64,000 nucleotides of DNA from the NCBI GenBank assembly GCA_000091205.1, contig AP006501.2. One strand, given 5' to 3'. The translations under genes and the position numbers were made by a program. Source of the stretch: Cyanidioschyzon merolae. Taxonomy: Eukaryota. The notes under the pieces were generated by a model. It was not told the origin of the DNA. It was given only the letters and a program-made list of their open reading frames with translations, and made no database searches. Shown here one piece after another: positions 20,989 through 31,396 of the stretch; positions within the stretch are counted from its first letter, which is position 1; the number at the start of each line of letters is the position of its first letter.

Positions 20989-22814
20989 CTAGTGCAAGGA
21001 AACTCGGGCCAATACGATTCTCAGAGCAGTGCGTTCTTGAACGCCTGCACCAGCAAACCTTTTCTGTTTTCTCGCAGGTATTCAATGAAAGGAATGTGGT
21101 CTATAGATTGGGGGAAGGTCGCAGCGGGACATGATGCTGTGAGCCCTACCTTACGAAGGAATAGTCATGCTCCTACGAGTCAGACATTCACTGGTCTGCA
21201 TGTAGATGAAGCACTCTCATCGTAGTCCGTTCTGAACCTTGTGCATCCAAAATGGAGCTTCTCAAATTTTGTATAAAAAACTATCTTCTCGTCAATCCGT
21301 CATACTCCATATTTTCTCTACGATACGCTATCAAAGAAACCACACGGTGTGAAGCTTCCGTGGCATTGATTCGGAAATTGATGGAAAGACTCGGGTGGAT
21401 AAAGAAACTGTCGCGTTTATACAGAAGACCATGGCGCGTTGGAAGACACACCACTGACTTTGCACTGAAAAATGGGCGCTTATCATACGAGGCACGGGTG
21501 CTCGCCCTATTCGATAAGGCTGAATTCGGGGGAAACGGTAGACCTGTACATGGATACACAAACAGGGGAAACCGCCCTTCCCAAGGAAGAAACAAGCGAG
21601 AATGACGACAACACAAGCCCTAGCGGCGTTTTGAATACGGTTTTCGCCTACAAAGCCCCGGACGGCAGAATCGTTGAAGGACTCATGCTTCGTGGATGCA
21701 CTTTTTGGATCCTCCATTCCACATGCCTCTGTCATTTTTATAGAGAACGTCAATTTCTATCACTTGACAGCGGCCGAAGAGTACGCAAAATGAGATTGAC
21801 ATCCAGCTACTCATCATGCGAGCGAATTCTCCCTCGCTCAGTCCAATCGAAGGCGTCTTTTCTATTCTCAAACGTCATTTTAGTGCTCAGAGATCAGTAG
21901 ACGAGTTGTTCGCATCGATATGACAAAAAGATGCAGGGTGTCATTCCGGATCGCGCAATTCCCGACTCGAGAAACGCTCGCCTAGCTTCCGTCACCTCGA
22001 CGCACCGGGCCTGGCAACTCTCACCAGAAATTCCGGACGCATGATTTCAAACGGTCCATCTCAATCCGAAAATTTTCGATCAAATATTCGTACAATAACG
22101 GAACTGATATTCGGGACAGAATGTGCAATACGACCTGATCGCGTGGTCAGAGACACGCCTCCGCGCTTCCATGAATATGTCGAGCGAACTTTCGAGGGAA
22201 CCTTTCGCGTTCTGCGTAGGCATTCTGTTGGAATGCTAGAGAGTTGCCATGAAAAAGAATCAGTGGCCAGAGGATAGAGAGACACTGTAATTTCGCCTGA
22301 TTCAAAGCACTAGTCTAGCGCGGTTCAGCAATCCAGAAAGACCGGAGTGCAGTATGGATTTACGGGAGGATGGCTTTCTCCAGAATATTCGTACAGCATA
22401 ATCGCGTTCCATTATTCAACATGACTGAGTATAGCGCGGTGATTCCGGGTTCGCAACGCGACACCTGTGAACGCCTACTGCATTTTTCAGACACACGTCG
22501 CATCCATACGACTCCTTGGGACGCTACACGTCAGCCTCCTGGGCGTATTCGATAGCAAACATCGATTTGTTTACAAGCAGATTGCATTTTTGCCGGTCGA
22601 TGCGACGGTGCATCTGAGGATCATATGTAGAGCGCGAGAACCTCAATCAGTCCACGAGGTCACGTTTCCTCACGAATCCTCGACGGGTACATGAATCTGT
22701 CCATACGCTGAACGGCGCTGAACGCAGACGTCCGGCGCGGCGATCATCCGGCGGATTCCAGCGCACCCTTACGCACACACACTCGGTGCTTCTGTTGTGC
22801 GCGATGATGCACAA

Positions 22815-24482
22815 TTAAGCATTGCTTGGGGGTGCCTCCGACGCACCGCGATGAAATGCCGAAAACGTCTCAAAGACCAGACACGGCAGCGCCTCTTGCC
22901 AAAGCAGAAGAACCGCGCTACGAAAAGGCACCACGACCTCGGCTTCCCCAAGGAGAACGCGTGAGATTCCGTAGCGCGCAAGCTTCGCGACAACTGCCCG
23001 CAGTGGCGCATCCAGCGCTGCATTCGGGGGCGCATCAGCAATGGCGGTCGATACAGGCTCAGACTTCGGTGACGTGTCCATCATCGAGCGTGTATACGTG
23101 TCCGCAAGCGCTCCGTGACGATCCAGCACGTACGCCGCAGGCGCCGTGATCACCGCCACTCGCCCGGAGACAGCGCGATCGAACCTGCGTGCGTCACGCG
23201 CATGCATGCGAGCAGCGTTCCATGCGTGCTCGATCCACACATCAGATTCTGAAGCGGTGCCGAATCGTTTCGTTGTTCCAGTAATGTAGATGATCTGGCC
23301 GTTTGTGTTGATGAGATCTGTCGCGATGGATCCAGCGAGGACAACTCGTCGGTAACAGAGCTCCGTGGCCGTGCAGATGGTGTCCAATCGGGAACCACGC
23401 TCGAGGCGAGGCTGCTCGTCGAGTTTTCCCAGAGTCGAGAAGCTCGTCATCGCGGATGCACCAGTCATACTGGATAATGCTGGTGCGATGACGACCAGAT
23501 CGAAGGTGCCCAGCTCTTCTCGCAGGGCGAGCACTGCATGACGAGTACCGCTGCTCTGCATGTCTAGATCCGTGAGGTGGAGCAAGCGAAAGTGCAGCCC
23601 AGGGGCCACCTCCGTACAGACGGCACGCGCCTCTTCAAGCGCTGCGAGGTGACAATCCACCCAGCTGATGCAGATATTCGAATGCTGCGGTTTGCTTTCG
23701 TTGGACTGTTCTGAGCGTTCACGCATAGCCTCCATGCAGATCACTCGAGCCATTTCCTGGAGAAATGGCGACGCGGCTCCGCCGAGAAAGCACACGCGGC
23801 GCGGCCAGTGTGGCTCTGTCCAGAGCACACCCGCCTTGTATCGCGGGAACAGACGCACCCATACGTAGATGATTGGAGACAAGAGCGCTGTCATCATGAG
23901 CACCAACAGGCGCACACCAAGAACCAGCATGAACCAGGCATATTCCGCAAAATATCGCCGCAAAATTGGGCCTCGTAGGGTCACCAGTACACACAACGCT
24001 GTCCAGAGCCGGAGCGCCATCTGCCGAAGTTGGTGCATGACTACCGCGATCGAACTGAAGAAGCCTCTGGCCTGTTGGCTTACGGATCTATCGATGCCGT
24101 CCAGAGAAGCTGCAGGCTGCGCAAACGACGCCGCTCCGGCCGATGGCTCTGAAGACTGTCGCTCCGAGGTATTGTCGGCAGCGTCCTTGCCAGCGCTGGC
24201 AAACCATCGAAAACGGCAAGTGCTTTTTCGTTTGAGTACACGAACAAACCTTGGCACACGTCTTACGCGCTGTTGTAGCTTCAAGTCGTTCAAATCAGTT
24301 TGACGTCGCCTAAGTAGCGCCCGAGCCGGTAACCAAGCCTCGACACCACCAGAATGCAACGCGTGGCCGTGAAAGAAACCCTGCTGAAACGACGCTCTCC
24401 GACATGAACGCCATGCTAAAGTCACTTGAGTGAATCCACACCGCAAGTTATTCTGATTGGATCTGGGTGCACGCACTGACAT
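22815..24482 (-). CDS. Hypothetical polytopic membrane protein; C-terminal half weakly resembles a fused Alg14-Alg13-like (GT-B) UDP-GlcNAc transferase with divergent motifs
   Basis: Long ORF with two hydrophobic helices, then RRVCFLGGAASPFLQEMARVI (compare Alg14 GSGGHTxEML) and IIYITGTTKRFGTA (compare Alg13 VFVTVGTTSFDDL); assignment is tentative. Confidence 0.4.
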   Translation of the reverse strand: MSVRAPRSNQNNLRCGFTQVTLAWRSCRRASFQQGFFHGHALHSGGVEAWLPARALLRRRQTDLNDLKLQQRVRRVPRFVRVLKRKSTCRFRWFASAGKDAADNTSERQSSEPSAGAASFAQPAASLDGIDRSVSQQARGFFSSIAVVMHQLRQMALRLWTALCVLVTLRGPILRRYFAEYAWFMLVLGVRLLVLMMTALLSPIIYVWVRLFPRYKAGVLWTEPHWPRRVCFLGGAASPFLQEMARVICMEAMRERSEQSNESKPQHSNICISWVDCHLAALEEARAVCTEVAPGLHFRLLHLTDLDMQSSGTRHAVLALREELGTFDLVVIAPALSSMTGASAMTSFSTLGKLDEQPRLERGSRLDTICTATELCYRRVVLAGSIATDLINTNGQIIYITGTTKRFGTASESDVWIEHAWNAARMHARDARRFDRAVSGRVAVITAPAAYVLDRHGALADTYTRSMMDTSPKSEPVSTAIADAPPNAALDAPLRAVVAKLARYGISRVLLGEAEVVVPFRSAVLLLWQEALPCLVFETFSAFHRGASEAPPSNA

Positions 24483-24616
24483 GAACGGTGTCCAGTAAAG
24501 TTCTCGCTAATAACCGCTGCGCTGTTTCACTGCGTATATGCCACTCGACGAAGCGCCTGCCTATCGGCGAATCCGCACCAAAAGCGCGCTGCTTACACGT
24601 CTTGCTCTTCTGAACG

Positions 24617-27600
24617 ATGCCGCAGGGTTCGCTGTTGTCATCGTCATCGGCAGCATCTGCAGGTACTTCAGTCACTGCACATAGGGAACCGACTAGATGG
24701 CGACGACGATGGCAGCGGCAAGCATCAGACAACGAAACAGAACACCACGTGAACTTGGAGCTCCAGTTACCCGAACCGCCAAGCCCCGAGGCAGCAGAGG
24801 CGCAGCTGGTTGCAACGCTGCTGCAGTCCTGGGAGCGGTCCTTGCAGCGCCCGGTTCCCGAGTCGAGCGATGATGAACCTGCCTGGGTGCAAACTGACTT
24901 TGCGTGCGTGCATCACTACCGCGAGTACTGGATACGCCGCATAGAAAACGAGTGGGTTGCAGCAGTCGCAGAAAGCGCTGCGCTGAGGGTTGAAGTGAAC
25001 GCTTGGGCAGTGACCATTGCCTCTGTAGAGCCGACCTGCACGGACTACGCTGATCGCGCTGTTCTTCAGTGGGCAGCCGGCGTCGATCCGCCACCAGACC
25101 TGGATTCACAAGACGTATACTTCCTGCAAGTCGAACGCGGGCGCAACGCTGCGTCTGGCGCTGGGCCCATCGTTCCTGCTTTACGGTTGACTCGATTGGG
25201 CTTTGCGAGCTGTTCAGGGAACGTTCATGAGTTTAGCGTTTGGATTCCGCGAAACTGCCTCCATATGCAGCAACGCACTGGTACAGTTGCCCGACTATGG
25301 CGAGCGTTCTCCGATGAGCGCGAATGGCGAACTGGGCTTGTACCTTTTGTGCGACAGCTCCAAGCGGTAACCCGGCTAGGCCAGATCCATCGACCGCTCT
25401 TGTATGCGCTGATCAGGCCCCAGGAGCATTTCAGTAGCGGGCGTAATGTGCCGCCGAACGCCTTGCCAGGTTTCCAAACACGGAAGCAGCAGCAGCAGCA
25501 GCAGCAGCAGCAAGAGCGCTATGCGAACATCCGGGAGATGAATAGTGGCGGGAGCGTCAAACCTGATTTTTCTCTTGGTTTGTTGAATGATGGACAGATG
25601 CGAGCGATTACAAGAATTGTAGAGGCTCGCCCCGGCTCTGTGACGTTGATCGTTGGCCCGCCAGGAACGGGAAAGTCGCGGACCATCATCGGGGCGCTGA
25701 GACGTCTCACGGGAGAAACACCAGCGCCGCGTCTTCTTGTATGCGCACCGTCAAATCATGCGGTGAGGCTGCTCTACGAACAGTTCCGGTCGCAGTCCGA
25801 TACTACGCGGCCGGTTGGTATTGCGTGGTTACAGGCGCAATCCCAGCGACAGGAACATGCCAATAATGCCCCAAACTCCAATAACGATGGCCAAATAGGA
25901 ATCGAGTGGAACGCTCTTGTTCATGACGTTCCCATACGGAACGCGGACGTTGTCTTCGCGACTCTGAATAGTGCAGCTGGGCTAGGGTTTCAGGGTACGG
26001 GGAGGATGCGAGAGCGACCCTTCCAGTACGTGATTGTGGATGAAGCGTCTCAAGCTGTTGAGCCGGATACGCTGATACCGCTCATCCTCGAGTCTTTTTG
26101 CCCGACGAATTTCCCGCATGGTGATCGGATGGAACCCGAAACCATCGCTCCAAGCAGACTTGTGCTTGTAGGCGATGCTCGACAACTACCCGCCACAGTG
26201 CGATCGCGCTTGAATCAGGCTAGTGGATATGACAAGTCGCTTTTCGAGCGACTTTCCGAGGCTGCAGAACGCGTCCACGGAGCTGCGCTGTGTTGGCTAG
26301 ACGAGCAGTATCGCATGCATCCGTCGATCGCCGCGTTTCCGTCACATTTTTTCTACGGGGATCGTTTGCGTACAGCTTGCCAAGTTTGTGAGCGTCTGAG
26401 AGGCGTCGACTCTCCGATAGAGCTTTTGGACATGTCAGGCGACGCCGAACATCGAGAAATTCGAGTGGCCACTAGCCTGGCAAATCCGTACGAGGCAGCT
26501 CGACTTGTACGATGGTTAGCTGAGAATCAACCGAAACTTGTCGGAAGTAGGAAAGATCCGCTGACTGTTTTGTTGATCACGCCGTACCGGGCTCAGGTTC
26601 GTTTTCTGGAAGAAGCGCTTCAGGAGTTCCATCTTTGGACGCCAGCAGCTGCAGCATCGTCGCAACCAACACGAAGCCGTCAGGAATATCGAGTTGCCAC
26701 CGTGGATGCCGCCCAGGGTGCAGAGGCTGACCTCGTGATTTTCAGCCCTGTTCGGAGTGCCCGACACGGAGTGAGCGCATGTACAACGCCCCGAGCGCTG
26801 AGCATCGGTTTTGTGGCGGATACCCGGCGACTCAATGTAGCGCTCACAAGGGCACGATCGCAGCTCGTTGTTGGCGGCGACCTGCTTACGTTGGTTCGAG
26901 CCTCACCAGTTTTTGCCGCATGGATAACGTTTCTGTGTGAGCGCAAGCTCGTTCCGAACCCGGAGGCACTCTGGGAACGTCTCTGTGAGGGACTCGAACA
27001 CCCGCCAAACGAGCGGACAACGCTGGTGGATACATCGGATCCTGTGGCGTCCGGCTTCGCGGATGCATCCGAGGCTGCAAAGGCGCGCAAGCCCGATGTC
27101 GTCGCTAGGCAGAACCGTCGTAACGAGGCGGCCTGCGCGCCCATCTACCCATGCAAGATCTGCCGGCAGGCGTCAACCCGGATCTCTGCCGCAGTAGCTC
27201 GGAAACAGACACTGGGGTCCTTGCAGGAGCCGCGGTCTACGCGACACAGTCCTACCGCTGGCTTGCCACCAGCAGTGGCATCGATTTCCTGCGCAAAAAT
27301 GAAACGCACACAGAAGGATGCGCGGATAGCTGCAGCGCGTGCCGAGGCCGCCACTGCACGCATCATTCACTCCGATGACGACGCATCATCCGACGCGGGC
27401 TCGCTGCCGACCAGAGGCGGGAGAGCAGCGCAGCTGTTGCGAAGGCATCGCACCAACGGCGGCGGGTATGCTACAACGCGACCGCAGCCAGTGCACAAGG
27501 GTGTCGACCGGCGCTGGCGCTCCTCGAGCGATGCTATTGCCGGCACCAATGCGGATCACTTTACGAAGCGGATACGGGCAGCGAGACCAGCGCCATCGTC

Positions 27601-27943
27601 AGTTCCAGGACTGACTGGGGGATCGGCACCGTCGGCCGCCGCGTTGGCGACTGTTTTTGAATCACCATGGCCCCGTGAACGCGTTTCTGCCGAGCAGCAA
27701 CGCCAACTCGATCGCGTCTCCTCTGTGCAGAGGTTCGCTCTCGGTGGAGCCACGACGACACCAGTAACGCTGGCAGTTGGAGATCGTTTTCGCGAGCCCT
27801 CGCTGCACACTGGATCCGTCGCACGAAACTCCACGGCAGTGCAACGCATCGCGAGCCGACTTGCCGAAAGAGCAAAAGACACATTGGAGAATGTCCGCCG
27901 TTCAGCGATATTCGACAAGGAAGGCTCTGGTGATGCGCGCTGA
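24617..27943 (+). CDS. Superfamily-1B Upf1-like RNA/DNA helicase (DNA2/NAM7 family; Sen1/SMUBP2-related) with polyQ tract and long disordered C-terminal tail
   Basis: Walker A VTLIVGPPGTGKSRTI, motif II FQYVIVDEASQAVEPDTLIPL, motif III LVLVGDARQLPATV, LDEQYRMHPSIAAFPSHFFYGDRL, motif V TVDAAQGAEADLVIFSPVRS, motif VI VADTRRLNVALTRARSQLVVGGD. Confidence 0.85.
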   Translation: MPQGSLLSSSSAASAGTSVTAHREPTRWRRRWQRQASDNETEHHVNLELQLPEPPSPEAAEAQLVATLLQSWERSLQRPVPESSDDEPAWVQTDFACVHHYREYWIRRIENEWVAAVAESAALRVEVNAWAVTIASVEPTCTDYADRAVLQWAAGVDPPPDLDSQDVYFLQVERGRNAASGAGPIVPALRLTRLGFASCSGNVHEFSVWIPRNCLHMQQRTGTVARLWRAFSDEREWRTGLVPFVRQLQAVTRLGQIHRPLLYALIRPQEHFSSGRNVPPNALPGFQTRKQQQQQQQQQERYANIREMNSGGSVKPDFSLGLLNDGQMRAITRIVEARPGSVTLIVGPPGTGKSRTIIGALRRLTGETPAPRLLVCAPSNHAVRLLYEQFRSQSDTTRPVGIAWLQAQSQRQEHANNAPNSNNDGQIGIEWNALVHDVPIRNADVVFATLNSAAGLGFQGTGRMRERPFQYVIVDEASQAVEPDTLIPLILESFCPTNFPHGDRMEPETIAPSRLVLVGDARQLPATVRSRLNQASGYDKSLFERLSEAAERVHGAALCWLDEQYRMHPSIAAFPSHFFYGDRLRTACQVCERLRGVDSPIELLDMSGDAEHREIRVATSLANPYEAARLVRWLAENQPKLVGSRKDPLTVLLITPYRAQVRFLEEALQEFHLWTPAAAASSQPTRSRQEYRVATVDAAQGAEADLVIFSPVRSARHGVSACTTPRALSIGFVADTRRLNVALTRARSQLVVGGDLLTLVRASPVFAAWITFLCERKLVPNPEALWERLCEGLEHPPNERTTLVDTSDPVASGFADASEAAKARKPDVVARQNRRNEAACAPIYPCKICRQASTRISAAVARKQTLGSLQEPRSTRHSPTAGLPPAVASISCAKMKRTQKDARIAAARAEAATARIIHSDDDASSDAGSLPTRGGRAAQLLRRHRTNGGGYATTRPQPVHKGVDRRWRSSSDAIAGTNADHFTKRIRAARPAPSSVPGLTGGSAPSAAALATVFESPWPRERVSAEQQRQLDRVSSVQRFALGGATTTPVTLAVGDRFREPSLHTGSVARNSTAVQRIASRLAERAKDTLENVRRSAIFDKEGSGDAR
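25487..25513 (+). repeat. (CAG)8CAA microsatellite encoding a QQQQQQQQQ tract inside the helicase CDS
   Basis: Direct observation of cagcagcag... run; in-frame polyglutamine in ORF 24617..27943. Confidence 0.9.
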
Positions 27944-28699
27944 GCGGTAAACGTTCGTATGTGTGTGTGCATCGACGACGCGTGCACGCATGCACAGACT
28001 GCCGTGCGGACACGCATGCTATGCGTGCACATGGTGATGCACGCACACGCATACGTGTCCGGACACGTGTCCGTGTTGCAGACACTTCGAGGCTGGCATT
28101 TCCACGTTTCATTTGCGTTGTTTCAAGTCGTCGTTGGTGCATCGCGCACAACGAGTGTCACTGAATGGCATCGCAGGCGGTGTGGCGCGGCCTCTTCCTG
28201 TTGGCGGCTACGGAGCCGCGTGTATGGTGCGCGCCCTGGCACGCTCCACGCAACCACATGGTGCCGTTGTAATCTAGGTCTTCCCGCTAGCCATTGTTCC
28301 TGTTAGCTGCCAGAATCTCTTCCCGGCTGACGCCGAGAGCATAGTGCTCACGTCGCGGCGCGCGCAGCCGTGCGACTCGGTTGCGTGCGTCTGCCGTGGC
28401 GCCGTCCGAGATCGATTCCAGGCTGCTTCCAGAGGTATGCCACGTGCACCGAGCCCGGACTGGTGCAGACGTTGCCGATGCTCCGCGTCTGGAGACGGTA
28501 GCTCGTTCGGTGTATCCGTTTCGAGTGCTGGTAACGAAAAAATGAATCTTTATCTCCGAAACGCGTTTGGCTGCACAGTTGGATCTATGGCTGCAGCGAT
28601 ACGTATCCATGACTGGAAGCAGAGCGATCTCGGTTGCAGCGTATTCTGTTGCAGGACGACTCTTGTCATGGGATCTGCATGCACGAACGTTGAAGCGAC

Positions 28700-31396
28700 T
28701 CAGCGAGCAGGTACCAGCGGCACTGTGAAGCGGGCGTCGAGGTCGCTGCTGCTGCTGTCGTCGTCGCAGATTCGACGCCATAGCTGCGCGTTCCAAAGTG
28801 CCATGCGGGCTCGTTCACGAACATCAGGCGCTGCGTCATGTTCCGCAACCTGACGCAGCAGTACTAGCACCTCCAGTTGGGCGAGATGGTTCCGAATCGT
28901 CCTCATGACTTGCTTCGTGGTCTGATCGGGTTCCTGCGGGGGCTCCGCTGCACCAGCCGGGGGCAACGGGGCCGCTGTGGTTTTGCGGTGGAATCCCTGA
29001 ACGCTCAGCGTGTCTAGGCGATGCGGCATATACCGCAACAAGTTGGTAAAACACCAGGAAGCAAGGAAGCGTTCCAGTACCTCGGACGATTTGAGAAAGC
29101 TTGCCAAACGTTGTAAGAGCTCCCGACGCGCCAGAACTTGCGCTCGCAGTGGAATCGCATCCGCAGCCGCCACAACCGTGAGAAAATTCAATGCATGGAC
29201 GCGTACGTCTACGTGCGTGTCCGGGTGCAACGCAGCGTCCAGGCGTTCGGACAGCCCCATTGGGCTCTGCAGGACCAGAAACAAGCATGCTTCGTGCTCG
29301 CTCTGATCGCCGTTGGAGTAGACGATGTTGTGAAGCAGCGCCCACGATTGCGCACAGACGTCCGCGGCTTGCCTTACGTCCGTGAGCATGTCGAGCGATC
29401 GCCATGTTAAAAGGTCCATCAGCGATTTTTTCTCGGAACTCGATGCTGCAAGCGCCAATATTCGGATGATTTTGATAATTTTCGCCACAAGGTGTTGTTC
29501 GGTACGTGCAACCGTCTGATGTCTTGCATTAGGACCGGATTGCTTGCTCTCGGCGATGCCGTGTCCGACCGCGCTGCCTAACGCAGGAGAGCAGCCACGC
29601 CAGACATCGGCAGCATTGAGCGCTTCGGGATTCGCAGCTCGCGCGCCGGAGTCATGCGAAAGGTCCCAGCGATGCAGGTAGTCATGGACAAGGGAGACTA
29701 AATTCTGGAGAGCGCGCTCTTGATTCATCAGCGCTGTTCCCAATGGACACGGTGGCATCGCACACTGCGCAAGCGCATCACATGCCGCGCACCGCACGAC
29801 ATACGGCGCCGAACTTGTCAGAATCATGTCGAGAAGGCGCTCACTGAGGCTCGGATGCAGACCCTGACGCTGTCGGTTCGGGATCAATGCCATGAGCGAA
29901 GCCAGCGCCTGGGCGGTTGCCTCAGCCACGCCGAACGATAGCTCTGGGGGCGCCCGCCGTACCCATTCCAGTAATTTCAATAGCAACGCCATAAGTTTGT
30001 CGTCTACAAGAATAGGCTGAGTATGCTCTCCATTTGAGGCGATCAGAGCCAACGCTCGGAGCGCTGACGTGCTTTCACGCTCGCTCTGGGCGCCCGGGTT
30101 GGCTGATGGCAGCGAGGCAGCCGCAGATGTGCGTCCACATCGCGTGGGACTTGCGAGTTCCAGCCTAGAGCGCTTGCTCTCCTGGGAACGCACGGATTCC
30201 GGTAGCGATGCCAATCGATCACAGCTCTGCTCGATAACATTCACAATTACCGGAATGGCGCCAACATCAAGGGCAACTCGCCGGAAATGCGAAGAGCTGG
30301 CCAGGAGCTTTTCCACAAGCTCTACGACTTCTGCTTGCCGCAGCTGCTGAGCGGGCACCTTGGGATCGAAATAGATGCCGAATTGCGTCCAGGATTTGCC
30401 GGGCTGCGGCTGGCTCGGTGACGCTAACAGCGCGAGCAATACCGGCAGTGCGGTGGCGGCGAGTTTCGATGCGTCATTCAGCATCCCGGCAATGTACAGG
30501 TGCGCCAGAATCTTGACACTGAAGAACCTCCGCAGCGGTACCGGATCGTACAAACCCCGCCAGAAGCGTTTTGCACTGCGAGAGTTTCGCGCAAAGGTCT
30601 CCGCAAGCAACGCTGCGGCGGCGGGGGCGTCCTCGATAAACGTCGATATCAACTCTAGCATGGTCGTACTGAGCGATCCTGGGTCATCCGCATCCTCTTC
30701 AGAGCCATCAGAGTCCACGGTACGCACGTCTGCGTCATTTTCGGTGTTCAGGTTGGAATCTGGCATCCGTTTGAGATCCGCGACGATGACATCCATCGCT
30801 CCCGCCTGTAGCAGCTGTGTGCGCCCTTCGTGGTGCCGTGCCCATACCGCAATGGTTTTCAGTGCTTCCAATCTGACCAAGCCCTGATCCTGTTGGACAC
30901 AACGGAGCAGTGCCTCCGCGTCAGCACTCCGCCAGGCAAACCGCGCTCGATCGCAACCAACGCGTAACCTAGCGGCCGTGAACTGCCGCATGGTGCGCAA
31001 CGCGGCGACTTTAAGAGCATTAGGCGACGACTGCTGCAACGAGTCGGCAATAAAGCGCGGGAGACGCTGTTGTTGTGAAATCTCGGCCTCTGCAGGTGGA
31101 CAGTCGCCGTAACACAGCGTTCCCAGGAGCGCCAGCAACGCTTCCTTCACGGAACTGTCCATTCGAACAGCATCTTCAGCGCAGTACGCAAGCAGCTTCG
31201 CGAGCGCACCACTTTCCACGACCCAAGCTTTCCGTTCGGTATTTCCGATGAGGAGATTTTTCAACGTGTTGAGCACTGGGCCTTTACCACGGAGGGTACG
31301 CGTTTCCCCAAGCTCCCGGAGAGTTTTCTGCAACGTGTAGCTGAAAACATCCGAAACTGAAGCGAGTTCCATCGTTCCCACTGCTCCAGTGTGCAT
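28700..31396 (-). CDS. Armadillo/HEAT-repeat protein, function unknown
   Basis: 898-aa ORF with helical-repeat character throughout (recurrent LLxxL / ALxxL hairpin-like segments); no catalytic motif recognised. Confidence 0.5.
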   Translation of the reverse strand: MHTGAVGTMELASVSDVFSYTLQKTLRELGETRTLRGKGPVLNTLKNLLIGNTERKAWVVESGALAKLLAYCAEDAVRMDSSVKEALLALLGTLCYGDCPPAEAEISQQQRLPRFIADSLQQSSPNALKVAALRTMRQFTAARLRVGCDRARFAWRSADAEALLRCVQQDQGLVRLEALKTIAVWARHHEGRTQLLQAGAMDVIVADLKRMPDSNLNTENDADVRTVDSDGSEEDADDPGSLSTTMLELISTFIEDAPAAAALLAETFARNSRSAKRFWRGLYDPVPLRRFFSVKILAHLYIAGMLNDASKLAATALPVLLALLASPSQPQPGKSWTQFGIYFDPKVPAQQLRQAEVVELVEKLLASSSHFRRVALDVGAIPVIVNVIEQSCDRLASLPESVRSQESKRSRLELASPTRCGRTSAAASLPSANPGAQSERESTSALRALALIASNGEHTQPILVDDKLMALLLKLLEWVRRAPPELSFGVAEATAQALASLMALIPNRQRQGLHPSLSERLLDMILTSSAPYVVRCAACDALAQCAMPPCPLGTALMNQERALQNLVSLVHDYLHRWDLSHDSGARAANPEALNAADVWRGCSPALGSAVGHGIAESKQSGPNARHQTVARTEQHLVAKIIKIIRILALAASSSEKKSLMDLLTWRSLDMLTDVRQAADVCAQSWALLHNIVYSNGDQSEHEACLFLVLQSPMGLSERLDAALHPDTHVDVRVHALNFLTVVAAADAIPLRAQVLARRELLQRLASFLKSSEVLERFLASWCFTNLLRYMPHRLDTLSVQGFHRKTTAAPLPPAGAAEPPQEPDQTTKQVMRTIRNHLAQLEVLVLLRQVAEHDAAPDVRERARMALWNAQLWRRICDDDSSSSDLDARFTVPLVPAR

